Shown: positions 11,715 to 23,160 of the stretch, piece by piece
Layout: every line of letters starts with the position of its first letter
Position numbering within the stretch: the stretch's first letter is position 1
NCBI RefSeq assembly: GCF_004010195.1
Contig: NW_025214953.1
Coordinates: 19,795 to 56,230 of the forward strand
Length of the DNA stretch: 36,436 nucleotides
Direction: 5' to 3'
From: Chiloscyllium plagiosum
Taxonomy: Eukaryota
Position numbers and translations under genes: made by a program
The notes under the pieces: generated by a model
Database searches by the model: none
The model's input: only the letters and a program-made list of their open reading frames with translations
Told to the model about the DNA's origin: nothing

Positions 11715-12412
11715 ATAGGACGATGAAGGTGGGATTGCAAAGTGATAGTCGGAGAGGAAGGAGGGTGGACCAGATTGATAAGGAGGAAGGTGGACACATA
11801 GGAACGTTCAAAAGGGCGGTGCTGATTTGGAAGTTTGGAGTAGGATAAGGTGGGATTAGGGGAAATGGGGAAATGGGGAAATCCACTATGATCCCCTGTG
11901 GTTGGAGAGTCCCAAGGCAGAAGAGGAGGCTTTCTTCCTCCAGGCTTCTGGTGGCTCGGGTTTGGCGATTGAGCAGGCCCAGGGCCATCATGTCCTTAGC
12001 AGAGTGGGAAGGGGAATTGAAATGCTCAGCCACAAGGTGATGGATTTGTTCAATGTGGTTGTCCCAGAGGTGTTCTCTGAAATGATCCACAAGTTGACCT
12101 CCTGCTTCGCCAATGTAGAGAAGACCAATTGGGTTTAATGGATGCAGGAGATGAGGCGTTCTGTCTCCCTTCGTCACCTATCACTTTTAACCCCACCTTC
12201 ATCTCCCTATCGCAATCCCAGCTACCTCCCTCCTGCCACACCCCCTTCCCATTTATCTCTCAGCCCTCTTAGCCCAGAAGCTTCATTCCTGATGAAGGGC
12301 TTATGGCCGAAACTTCGATGTATCTACTCTTAGTATGCTGCCTGACTGTGTTTATCCAGCACCACACTCTTCGACTCTGATCTCCAGCATCTGTAGTCTC
12401 CACTTTCTCCTC
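11715..12412 (-). mobile_element. Penelope-like element: GIY-YIG endonuclease fragment plus inverted terminal repeat
   Basis: ORF 11692-12177 contains GLLYIGEAG..L.DHFREHL, VAEHFNSPSHS and LGTLQPQGI.VDF. Region 12165-12412 is an inverted terminal repeat. Confidence 0.9.
12285..12320 (+). ncRNA. Minimal hammerhead ribozyme motif (degenerate)
   Basis: CTGATGA-AGGGC-ttat-GGCC-GAAAC-TTC. Confidence 0.6.
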
Positions 12413-12419
12413 ACACCTT

Positions 12420-13000
12420 CATGGCTTGCATGATTCAAATTTATAACGGTTACTGCAAATCAAACAAAAATTGTCTTGTACTCAAACAGCATAAAAGAAA
12501 ACCAATACATTGTGGTCACTGTTCCCAAAAGGTCCTTTACAGCAAAGTTTTCAACTAGCTCTTCTGATCACTCAACACCAAATCCTAAATAACCTGATCT
12601 CGAGCTCAATGCTCGACATAATGTTAATGTAAACCATCTCACACGTGGTCATGAAATCCATTTTTTCCCAGCATTAGCATTCAATTGGGTTAACACAGTT
12701 TAGATATAATTTAAACAGAACATTATTACTGAAGTACCCACAAATGTGAATATCTCATTTCCTGTTTTATAACATGCCCCGCATTTGTACTGCAGCTTTC
12801 ACTTTGATATATATCTCCCATCAATGTTTGCTCCTCCTTGCTGTTTCTGCGCTCCACCTTACTAGATCCTGTGCAATCTGAGCGACGTGGGCTCTGGGGA
12901 GATTAATGGTAGAGACCATCTCGCCACATCATTTATGATCTTCTCAAACTTTAATTTCTCCAGATCTCCCGTTATGCTGATGGAGTAGAGAAGGAATAAT
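12420..13000 (-). mobile_element. Old CR1 endonuclease-region fragment
   Basis: Heavily eroded. Collinear with the 10750-11690 copy across the Penelope insertion. Confidence 0.45.
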
Positions 13001-13079
13001 GATCTTCCAACTATGCTCTGTATTCCCCCAGGGAGCTGAGACAGCTGTAACCTGGGTGGGAACTTTACAGCAGGCTGGT

Positions 13080-13330
13080 AAAGTGTTGCTGCTGCTGTAC
13101 AGGGTCTCCGTGAGATCACATCTGGAGTAGTGAGTACAGATTTAATCTCTTCAATGAAGAAAGGATGTTGTTATATTTGAAGCAGCTCAGAGTTGGTTCC
13201 CTCAACTGATTCCTGCAATGAAGGTGCGAGCTTATAACGAAAGGATGGTCAGGTTGACCCAGTAGCCATTGGAGTTTACAAGAATTAAAGAGTGTCCTAT
13301 TTCAACATAGATGACAGAAGGAGTCAGCAA
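13080..13330 (+). mobile_element. CR1 3' ORF2 fragment
   Basis: LLLLYRVSVRSHLE....(LYRALVRPHLEY motif), followed by the LEAAQ..F.. region. Confidence 0.7.
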
Positions 13331-13349
13331 GTGAAGTGAATTACACGAT

Positions 13350-14050
13350 AGTGGAGGAATCCATTCCGTTCTCCAGCCTGTTACACAGGAACAACGGAAG
13401 GATATTCAGGTGTTCGAGCCTGTTTCACCAAAACGGGACGAGGCTCTTCAGCCCCTAGAGCCTGATATACATTTACAGAAGAAGGCCAATCAGCCACTCG
13501 AGCCTATAACAGTAGGCCATGCTGCATCAGTATCCTGTATAACAGCAACAGGATCAGTCCATTCAGCGTCCTCGAGTCTGGAACATAGGAACTGGAAGAG
13601 GTCACACAGTGACTGGAGATTGTTACACTGGGATAACAGGAGGCCATTCAGACCAACCGAGCCTATTTCAAGGGAGTTGGATAAGGATACAAAAAATCTG
13701 ACACTTCTTTCAAGAGAAAGGAAAAGGTCATTCAGATGCATGTCTGTTGTATGGGAACAAGAGAAGACCAATCACTCCCTCGGTCTCATCTCCGGGATAC
13801 ATGAGGAGACCGTTCAGCATTTCCACCTGTTATGGGGAAGTATGAAAAGACCCATCAGCCCCTCAAAATGTTACCCGGCAATAGGAGGATTCCATAATTC
13901 CCCAACCCCCTAACGCATCAACGGGAGAAGGTCATTCTGGCCTTGGAGACATCAGCATGGGAACACCAGAAAGACGTCAGCCCATCGAGATTGTACACCA
14001 GCAGGATGATGAGCCCAGTCAGCCACACATGCCTCAAACAGCAATTGGAG
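13350..14050 (+). repeat. Degenerate ~42-bp minisatellite (consensus approx. GGAACAGGAGGAGGCCATTCAGCCCCTCGAGCCTGTTACACA)
   Basis: Recurring aggccattcag...gagcctg units. Produces the 14-aa periodicity in ORF 13410-13913 (EPVSPKRDEALQPL / EPDIHLQKKANQPL). Confidence 0.8.
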
Positions 14051-14149
14051 TCGACCTCTTAAAACCTTTTGCCCATTAAACAGGAATTCAAAGAAAACGT
14101 TAAGGTTTCCGAAAGGGAAGAAATTATAATAACTGTATACATTTGGGAG

Positions 14150-15320
14150 TAAAACGTAATGATAAGCTATTGTAATTTAAGACAATTATTAGAATCCATT
14201 GTTGAGGACATTTGCAAAGTTAAACCGCAATCCATTGGAGTCAACATGGTTTTATAAAGGATAAATCGAGTTTGAAGTGTTTGCTTGAGTTACTTAAAGA
14301 TGTGACAAGCAAGGTGGATGTTTGGATTCCTGGAGATGGAATGTATCTGGTCTTCCGGAAGGCATCGGATATGTCGCTTCTCCAAAGAGTAAGTGGTAAG
14401 ATCAGACAACATGGGTTTAGGAGTAATTTATTAGCTTGGATGGAGGATTGGTTAACCAACAAAATGCAGTCAGATGGAATAAATGTGTCGTTTTCTTTTG
14501 GCAAATGCAATTTGTGGGGTGCCATTGATTTCAGTTCTCATTTGTGATCATTAGTATTACTGTACTTGGTTGACTGGATAGAAAATACGACACCACATTT
14601 TTAGATGACATTAACATTGGTGGGAAATTACTTCGGAATGATTATGCAAGAGATTTTAAGACTATATTGATAGGTTGGGTTAACAGGCCAACATTTGGCA
14701 AGGAAAATTAAAGTGAATAAATATGGGGCTATTCAAATTGGCCAGCATAATAGAAAGACAAATTATTATCCAAATGGAGAGAAGGTTCAGAGTGCTTAGG
14801 TGCAGAGGGATCTGGGTGTCTGCTTGCAAGTCACAGAAAACCTGCTTGCGGGTACTTCAAGTAATGAGAAATGCAAGCATAATTTCAGTGTTTATTTATA
14901 AAAGGATAGAGTAGAAAGGTAGTGAGTGTTGGTGTAACTATGCAAGGCATTAGTGAGGCTGCAACTGAACTACAGTTTGGGTGTCCTGCAGAATAAGGTA
15001 TTTCCATTGGAGGCAATTCAGAAGAACTTAATTAGATTGATTCCATATTTGAACTGTTTGTCTTATGAAGAGAAATTGAGCAGTTTAGGCCTATACTCTC
15101 GAGTTTATAAGAATGAAAGGAGATCTCATTGAGGTCTGTAAAATGCTAAACGTAATTGAAAGTGTAGGTGTGGAGTGGATCTTTTTTTTAATGTGGCGCA
15201 TCTCCAACCAGAGACTAGAGTTTTAGGATGGAGAGATGGCAGGAAAGTGTAACAGGCCGCGATGACATCAGCCTCATCGAGGGGTTGGATTCCTCACAGA
15301 TGCTCCTTGTTCTTATTCAA
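14150..15320 (+). mobile_element. Old CR1 LINE RT to 3' end
   Basis: SQHGFIKDKSSL, YLVFRKASD (YLDFQKAFD), KIRQHGFRSNLLAWMEDWL. Confidence 0.85.
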
Positions 15321-15369
15321 CTTTTCGACTGTGTTGCCCAGGAATGGGGCAGGACTGGGTATCATACAG

Positions 15370-15710
15370 GAGCAGGCACTGAGGGTAAATCAGTCTCAAT
15401 CAGTTAGAGACAATGTAACCAGTAGGGTCACACAGTGACCAGCGCTGGGTTCTCAACTATTTACAGTCTATATTAATGATCAGGAGGATGGAACAGATAT
15501 ACAGATGCTTAGTTTGGTGATGTCGCTATGGTAAGCAAGAGATTAAATTATCAAGGGAGGGTGAAGAGTCTGCAGATAGACTCAGAGAGGTAAAGGCAAT
15601 AGATAATAGTTTGGCAGATGGAATTTAACATGATATAACCTGTCATTTCATTTACAGGAATAATGGAAAACAATATGTTACTGAAATGGAGAGGGATTAC
15701 AGGACTTAAT
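15370..15710 (+). mobile_element. CR1 RT fragment
   Basis: Eroded VTSRVTQ*PALGSQLFTVYIND, KFGDV (FADD) and WQMEFN. Confidence 0.75.
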
Positions 15711-16739
15711 GATACTGTGTACTGGGGGGTTAACTCAGGTCCGTTCAGACATGGGAGGTTTTGCTCCATCCCTGATCGTCAGCTCCCAGACACTCCAAGT
15801 GACCCCATTGCTCTCCGTACACATGGAATACTTTGATGTGGTTGATTGGTGGTGGGGATGGTGTTTGGAAACGTGCATCAAGGGGACGGCCTTTATCCAA
15901 GATATATTCATTTCTTTCTACGTGGAGACCCGATGACGATGGGAATGGCTGACTGCTTCTGAATGAAGAGGCCGGGACTGCTGCCAGGACAGTGGGCATT
16001 CACCAACATGATGTACTGTGCATGGGTACACTGCAACATTAATAGAGAGAGCGAGCTCTTTCAGTTCCTCTACTTCTCCCCATTGACATGGGTACTCCGC
16101 AGATGCCATGTACACCATCGGGAATCCCACTATACTGGATACACCCGGTAGCTCCCTGCTGAGGGAGAAACCATGTGTTGACCTCATCCACCATTTACAT
16201 TCTACGTCACCATATTGTGGCACTGATGTTGAGATACTGGGAGATGATGGATATGTCACCCACTCCTGCCTCGAAAGTTCTGGATCATAGAAGCTGAATG
16301 AAACAGTGACCCTAACAGCCACTAGCAGCACCATCCTCCCCCTCGTGTAAAGCTGCAGGTCATGTTGAAGGAGGTGACACCGCTCTGTGACCAGCTCCTT
16401 GTTCAACCAGTGTCCCCTCACACTTTTATCCTAGGTTAGATGGAGCTTGGGAAGCTGTCCCTGGAAAACCCGGGGTGGATACAGCAGATCCCTTTCCCCA
16501 CACACACTCATTCCGTGGTTTCAGAGCTTCCCCCTCTGCAGCCTCTGCTCCATTTGGTGTTCATGTTACAGACCCAGATGCTGTAACTGCAGTCCCCATG
16601 CTCCATCCAAAGTTGGGTCAGCAAATCCTCAGGTCTCCCTGAATGTCTGAGGCATCCCTGAATGTCTGAGGCAGCTCACAGCACATCCTCCAGCAAACCA
16701 TTCCCCAGCTCCTTCACTAACTTTTCAATAACAGGAGTC

Positions 16740-17363
16740 AGTCACAAACCCCTCGGCTACAGATCCCCGCAAAATGTTTTGAGAAGGCCGTTTAGACCCA
16801 AACCTTTCCTTATTTTGAATATAGATGGGAAGTGTGCGTTCCAGATATGTTGTGACTGGTCAAACCACTCGACATTAAGCAAAATATAATCTATTCAAAT
16901 GCTTTAGTTAAAATCCAATCAAAGGAAAGAACATTTTGGGATAGCTTATATGTTGGAACACTTACACGAAAAATAGATACCGTACCTTCTTGGTATACAC
17001 TGCTTGACACAAAGATATATTCAAATACAGATCCTTACATGCAATTTTCCGGTCCAGGAGAAATCAGCATTAAGAGATCTCAGAGAGAAAAGCAGCGAGG
17101 GATCATGTATTGAAACGTCCAACCCTTCTGGGATCTCCAGCAGCTTCTGAATGCTGCAACTTAAAACAAAACGAGAAAACCTTGTCTGGGAGAGCTGGCC
17201 ACTGCCCTTCCATTGTTACCAACGTTTTCATTAAACCTAAAGGCCTTCTCAGTCATTTACTTAAACTGTGTTCAGACAGCAGTTCTGCACCTCTGCCTTT
17301 AGAACCTCTCTTCAAAAACAACCTAAGAGAAAGTAAACAACTTACAGTGATAGTATACTCACA
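16740..17363 (-). mobile_element. Gypsy LTR (probable 3' LTR)
   Basis: Collinear homology to 24400-25110 (for example gtcaaacca, tccaacccttctggga, agctggcc). Begins TGTG on the minus strand, directly after a purine tract. Confidence 0.75.
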
Positions 17364-17364
17364 A

Positions 17365-17374
17365 CTCCTCCTTT
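17365..17374 (-). promoter_or_regulatory. Polypurine tract (PPT) candidate
   Basis: Minus strand AAAGGAGGAG lies 1 nt before the LTR start TGTGAG. Confidence 0.5.
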
Positions 17375-17459
17375 AATAAATTGATCCATCAATATAAAAA
17401 ATATGGATTAATTTTAGACCTCCTAATTGTCTTCTATTAGTCGACGGAAATGCATATAT

Positions 17460-17622
17460 AGGTAAAAACAATGACTGCAGATGCTGGAAAACAGATTCTG
17501 GATTAGTGGTACTGGAAGAGCACAGCAGTTCAGGCAGCATCCGAGGAGCAGTAAAATCGACGTTTCGGGCAAAAGCCCTTCATCAGGAATACAGGCAGAG
17601 AGCCTGAAGGGTGGAGAGATAA
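17460..17622 (-). mobile_element. Penelope terminal repeat fragment, young
   Basis: gactgcagatgctgga...caggcagcatccgaggagcag...gacgtttcgggcaaaagcccttcatcagg. Homologous to the 9028 and 12285 repeats. Confidence 0.85.
17555..17590 (-). ncRNA. Minimal type I hammerhead ribozyme, intact core
   Basis: Minus strand CTGATGA-A-GGGC-tttt-GCCC-GAAAC-GTC: full core, perfect helix II, palindromic ACGT helix III and GUC cleavage triplet. Confidence 0.8.
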
Positions 17623-17749
17623 GGTCAAGATGGGAGCTCATTGAGGATCAGGGGATGGTTCATCTGCAAAACCATTTAAGGTCCTCATCCCATTGATGAT
17701 ATTTTGCACATAGAGAAAGGCGGTCAGCTTTAGATATGAGGTAAGTGCT

Positions 17750-18078
17750 GGATGGCACGGTGGCTCAGTGGTTAACACTGCTGCCTCACTGTGCCTGACA
17801 CCTGGGTTCGATTCCCACCTTGGGTGCATGTCTGTGTGGAGTTTGCACATTCTCCCCATGTCTGCGTGGGTTGTCTCCGAGTGCTCCGGTTTCCTCCCAC
17901 AATCCAAAGATATGCAGGCCAGGTGAATTGGCAATGCTAAATTGCCCATAGTGTTGGGTGCGTTAGTCAGGGGTAAATACAGGGTAGGGGAATGGGTCTG
18001 AGTGGGTTACTGTTTGGAGGGTTGGTGTGGGCTTGTTGGGCCGAAGGGCCTGTTTCCATACTGCAGGGAATCTAATCT
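17750..18078 (+). mobile_element. HE1 SINE, full length (older subfamily)
   Basis: A box TGGCTCAGTGG, B box GGTTCGATTCC, V-domain and aatctaatct tail. Confidence 0.95.
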
Positions 18079-18494
18079 GTTGTGAATCCCCTTAACCCAT
18101 CAGAGGGATTTCCCTAACCAAAGGTTATATGTTCTATCAACTCGCCTTGTCAAGGATGCCCAACTCTGGCTTTTCATGAGCTGCTTGGCTTTGTAGTACT
18201 GCCCATTGTGCCAGCAGTGGCTTGTGGTCCTGTTGGTACTGGCAAATTGAAGGGATTTTGGCGATCCAATTGTTAAGTATCCCTCTAAGGCAGAAATTCC
18301 TCCTGAGAAAGAGACAGATCAATTATCACTGTTCCCAGCATTAAATGGCTGCATGGTTGCCAATAGAAACATGGACAGTTTCCCGCTGCCTTCGGAACCG
18401 TAGTACGCTATCAAATCCAGCCCAGTACACCTCGCTTGCCCACTCAAGTGACTGCTTCTTCAAGTTGTTCCATGCTACCTTTTACTGCCATTGA

Positions 18495-18692
18495 TTTCTG
18501 AGCAAACTCTGAGAAACCAGAGTTATCATTTCAAGTCCAGTGACCCTTCTTCTGAATTGTGTCACTGCTTCACTGAACTTGAAATTTTAACTCAGTTTTC
18601 TCTCTCCACAGATGCTCCTGACCTGCAGAGTTTCTGCACCAATTCTGTTGTACTTTTAGATTCCCAGCATCCACAATTCTTTGTTTTATTTT
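18495..18692. mobile_element. Old Penelope-repeat-derived palindromic element remnant
   Basis: ...ctctccacagatgctcctgacctgcagagtttc...ccagcatccacaattctttgtttt resembles the other terminal repeats. Imperfect inverted arms (gagttatcatttcaagt / acttgaaattttaactc). Confidence 0.6.
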
Positions 18693-19389
18693 GTTCTGCA
18701 CATCATCATCACTTGTATAAAATATTTAATTTTGACCTCTCTCTGTTCTCTTATTTTTATAAGTTCACATTGAAGTTTCTGCTCCAAACTTTCCATTTTA
18801 TTTCCTTCAAAGTCTGAATGAATTTACGTCAACACTTTTACTGGAGCCATTTGTTTTGGTGAGTGCTATTGATTTCAGTCATGACAAATTGTAAAGTTCA
18901 GGAAATACAATTTAACGACACTTATCCCATTCCTTGCAGGTATAAAACACCTCTGCTATCAAGTCCTTTACGAAATTAATTTTCTAAGCATATAACCTTC
19001 ACAGCCATCAATATTCTTTCCTGAAAGGAAATAAATAGTCATGTAGAGTTAAATATCACCACATCATCATTGACCCTCATGTCATTGTGCTAGATTCTAA
19101 AGTTACCAGTGGTTTTATGCAAAAATGAATGATGCCCATTAGACACCAGCAGAGCCTTTTGAAATATTGAAACATTGTGCATGTATGTATAAATGTGACT
19201 GGTGTGAAGACAATATTTTTTTGATAGGGTCATAATGTTTGTTTCCCTGTAGACCTGTCAGCAAATAAAAGCAAATTATTGTGTTTGAATTAATGATATT
19301 TACTACAATGTTAATTGTAACAGGTACTGCCAGAGACTTCAGTCAATGCAGTGACTTTTTCTGGATGTGTCTTTTTTTTGTATTGTCAG

Positions 19390-19505
19390 ATTGGAGCTCT
19401 TGCCAGCTGAGTGATAATGCGGTTTGTGGACAAGGGCTAAAGATTCGCTTGCTTAATTGTGTTCGAAGTGATGGAAAATCAGTTGATAGCAAGTACTGTG
19501 AAAAG
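19390..19505 (+). CDS. THSD7B: Internal coding exon of thrombospondin type-1 domain-containing protein 7 (THSD7 family; 7B favoured, 7A not excluded)
   Basis: Encodes (D)WSSCQLSDNAVCGQGLKIRLLNCVRSDGKSVDSKYCEK, a TSP1 repeat matching the recalled THSD7 segment W.TCQLSE.A.CG.G...R.L.CV.SDGK.V. Acceptor cttttttttgtattgtcAG (19388-89), donor AAG|GTGAGA (19506). 116 bp, phase 1 to phase 0. Paralog assignment is from memory. Confidence 0.88.
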
Positions 19506-20172
19506 GTGAGATCTCAATATGTAGGGTGGTTTCATGACTGAACCTGGTTGGTTTGGAGGTTGAAATGGACTGTTAATTGTATAACACCTGCATTAGATCG
19601 CTGTGTGTGACCTTATTCATACACATTCCTCTTCAAAGATTCACCTCCAGTCACTTAAGTGTAAAACAGTAAAAGTTGTTAACAAGAAACTGTTGTAGTA
19701 TATATTGCATGATGAGACTTAATAGTTCAATATTTTTTCTAATGTTTTCGAACATAACATCTTGTCAACATTACGAGCGGTGAAATCGTATTTGGAAAGG
19801 TATGTCAGTGAAACCTCTCACCTCAGTTTTGCTCCCTGTTTTTATGTTTCACAGCATAGTCAGAAAGATATGCTGTGTGTTGGAAACAGCGGATTGCCTG
19901 AGCCTGGTGAATATTGCCAAGTTGTATTGATTCAGATGCACACTTGTGAAAAAAGGAACTGCCTGATTTCACTGCAATTCATTTAAGGAAAATCAGTTCT
20001 GGCCTTCATTGCTTTGCACTCTATCTTCAGCTTTCTTATATTGTTATGTCCATGATGATACAGTGCTCCAGTAACTCTTGATGCTTGATTCTTAGATGCC
20101 GACTTATTTATCTTGGAGGGATTTTTTTTGCACTCATGATGAGTAGAGAAAAATAACAAACTTCTTTCAGTA

Positions 20173-20530
20173 TCAGCCTTGGTTCAGTTGGTAGCACACT
20201 TACCTCAGAGTCAGAAAGCTATGGGCTCAAGACTTCTTCCAGAAGAAATGAGGAACTAAGACTCCCCTTCCATTGTAAAAGTTCTCATAGTGCTATTTTG
20301 AAAAACAGAGATACTAACTCAGGTGTCCTGACCAGTGTTATTCACAACTTAACATTCTAAAAATAAGTGATCTGATCAGTATCACACCATTTGTAAGAGC
20401 GGTGCAATGCTTAAATTGCTTTTTCTACACTCCAACAGTGACTATATTTCAATAGTTTTTCTTTGGTATAACATGCTTTGGGACATCATGTGGTCATGCA
20501 AGGTACTAGATTGATGCAGTTTTTTTTTTC
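20173..20530 (+). mobile_element. Ancient tRNA-derived SINE of the DeuSINE/SacSINE1 type
   Basis: Head cagccttggttcagttggtagcacacttacctcagagtcagaaag..gggctcaag. Tail ...atgctttgggacatc...aaggtactagattgatgcagtttt. Confidence 0.7.
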
Positions 20531-21297
20531 CTTTCTGACCTATGTTTGTTGTTTATGATTGAATTCAAAAGCTAAGTAGTCTCTATATTGTCCCAAGTTG
20601 GGAAATTGACCCTTTAATGTCACTTGTTGTTTTAAGTTCCACGTAAGGGACAGGATATTTTGGACGGCAGAGTTTCCCAACCCACTAGCCAAGGAGTTGA
20701 TTTGAAATGCATCCCTGCTGATCCCAGCAGTCCCATTGCTTTGTTAATTGGCTGGAGGTTGAGCTTCCACCCGTCACCCAGGTTTGAAAATCCAAAGTCC
20801 AGGATTATTTAAATATCAGGAGCCACATTGTGATGAGAGATGGTACTGGGTAGTAGAAGGGGATGGAGAGTATCTGGAGGTCTGAAAAGGTTTCACCTAT
20901 GAGAAGGAGATGCGGTGAAGAAGTCTTGCTGGAGAGTTTGGGGATGAGATGGGAAAGAGCACCTGAGTGTGTTTCAGAGAGGGGGCAGTGTGCCTGATCT
21001 GGGAAGAGGCTCTTCAGGAAAGGCCCTGTCTCACCACTTCCTGTTCAAGGCCTGAGAAAACTGCTAGGCTTTCCCATTCTTCTTGAACACCTGCTGCGAG
21101 CCTTAAAATTGAGACCATGTTCAAATTGGTCTTTAACACCTCAAGGGCCTCTGTTGAGGTGAATGTGGGCAGGCCTAAATCTTCCCTGCTTCCTCCTTAA
21201 TATTACAGGCAAGTCAGGGACTGGCAGGAAGTCAACAGGAAGTCCACCTGTAGCATTCTACAGTGCCCTAATGCAATCCTGCTGGTGATAGACTCTA

Positions 21298-21420
21298 AAA
21301 GGATCAAGTAATATGGGGAAGGATGGGATTAGGGTATTGAGATCAATGATCAGCCATGATCATTAATGAATGTGGAGTAGACTCACATGGCCTATTCCTG
21401 TTCCTATCTTCTATGTTCCT
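21298..21420 (+). mobile_element. CR1 3' UTR/tail fragment
   Basis: gatcagccatgatcatt..gaatg...atggcctattcctgttcctatcttctatgttc. Confidence 0.8.
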
Positions 21421-21789
21421 AAAATTCAGATCTGATACATTTAATCTTCCATGTGTTTCTGATATATTATAAATTGAAACAGTTCGACCATTTTCTGAAT
21501 CATTCTGCTTTATTATTCTTGCTTTGTTACTTGCTTTGCTGCAGGTAGCAGCAGAAATTGTTATGCATTCAGTTGGTTGGTTAACTTCTCTCTGGTGGGA
21601 AGCTTAAAGGACTCAAAAGCACAGCATGATTACCTTGACTATATTAAGCTATCCCTGCATTGTGCAAATATCCTTAATGCTACAAGTTTGAAATTAGCCA
21701 TTGCATCTCACTTTTTACCACTGGAACAGAGAAATTGTGGTTTTACTGTGTTCGATTGTATTGTATCTCATCTGGATATGAAACTGAGT

Positions 21790-21945
21790 TATAGAGATGT
21801 AGAACGGCAACATACCAAACGTGAGTCTCTCTCGTTCCCACAAAACCGCCTAATCTGTGCCCGAACTATCGAGTCCCCAATTACTACTGCTCTGCTCTTC
21901 TTCACCCTTCCCTTCTGAGTAACGGGGACAGGCTCCGTGCCAACA
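21790..21945 (-). mobile_element. CR1 ORF1 esterase (SGNH/GDSL-like) fragment
   Basis: KKSRAVVIGDSIVRAQIRRFCGNERDSRLVCC. Confidence 0.85.
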
Positions 21946-22019
21946 ATTGTGGAATAAATCTGTTGATGTTTCTGCTGGACACTCCAACCACACGTTACAT
22001 AATGGAGCACTTCTCATCT

Positions 22020-23160
22020 CTGCAATAGTCGCTCTGAATGACATAGCTCCTTATATCTCAGCATAAAAGAATTACATCTTTTGTACCTCTTAATGCTGTA
22101 ACCTCTTTATCGGCTTCTCCTGGCCTATGCCAATAAACCTTACTCTGACAGGTATATGTTTTAAGACGATCACACACATTCTTCTCAATCTCTCACGGAA
22201 ACCAAACTTTGATTTCTGAACCAAACCATCATCATCAGCCATTTCAGCTTCTAACCTTGCCGTTTTTACTCCCTGCTCTTCCACACGAGTTCTCACGACT
22301 GCAGGAAGTGAATTGTTGAACTTCTCCAAAATAAGATTCTCTCTAACAGTGCCATAGCTTTGCTCTGTTTTTAATACGCTTAACCCCTTTCAAAATTACT
22401 TTGTTTCATCCTTTCAAACTCAATGTGCTTTTAACCAGGGACCCTTTTTTAGATTCCTGAAACACTGTCTGTCAGCTTCTGGCACAACCTCATATACACT
22501 TCAGATGGCTTTCTTTACCTCATCATACTGGCCAGATACCTCCTCTGATAGGGATGCAAATACCTATCAGATTTGTTTGAATCAGTTAATCCACATATTC
22601 TCTGGCAACTGCACTTGTTTAGCCACTTTCTGAAATGAAATTAAAAAGGCTTCCCCATCCTTCTCATCAAATTTAGATAATGCCTGGATGTATTTAAACA
22701 GAACCCCATCAGGCCTTTGGCTACCATAGGGTTGCTCATCCTCACTAACCTCCTCATCCAGCCTACCGTCTACCTTCATCAGCACCTTCCATGTCCACTT
22801 TCCATTACTAACTTTTGAAGTTGAAACTCTTTGCATTTCTTCTCTCTTTTTCTCTCTTTCTTCTTCATTTCCTTTTCTTTTATTTCTACTTTTCATCATA
22901 ATTCAAACTGTTTCAATTCCTTCCCATGTTCAAGGCGCCTCATTTGAAATTGAAATCTCTCCATTTCCAAAGAGTCTGATGGCGTTTCCTGCAAATGTAC
23001 TTGCCGAGCTATAGCTGTAATTATCTCTCATTTTCTCACAGACAAACACAGCCCCAACTCCAGCTTGTCTGCCAATTGCTACAGCTTTGCCTTCATTACC
23101 TTTTGTAAAACCCCCAACTTCACTTCTTACAGACCCAGAGAACTCTTAGTGACTGAAGTG
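22020..23160 (-). mobile_element. Decayed gag of a Gypsy (Gmr1/SCAN-type) LTR retrotransposon
   Basis: LFKYIQALSKFDEKDGEAFLISFQKVAKQVQLPENMW, then EKFNNSLPAVVRTRVEEQGVKTARLEAEMADD (SCAN/capsid-like). Confidence 0.85.

Noticed and set aside
13410..13913. 167-aa ORF, joint longest in the window
   Set aside because: Explained by the 42-bp (14-codon) minisatellite. It has a GTG start, no domain and no clear splice context.
13350..14050. Regularly spaced repeats resembling a CRISPR array
   Set aside because: The units are contiguous degenerate tandem repeats without unique spacers, the context is vertebrate, and there are no cas genes.
19281..19541. Whole 86-aa ORF as a gene
   Set aside because: Only 19390-19505 is exon; the flanks are intron read-through.
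21510..21610. Strong + strand acceptor (ttgctttgctgcAG) as the next THSD7 exon
   Set aside because: Phase-0 translation VAAEIVMHSVGWLTSLWWEA* does not resemble the expected TSP1 continuation.
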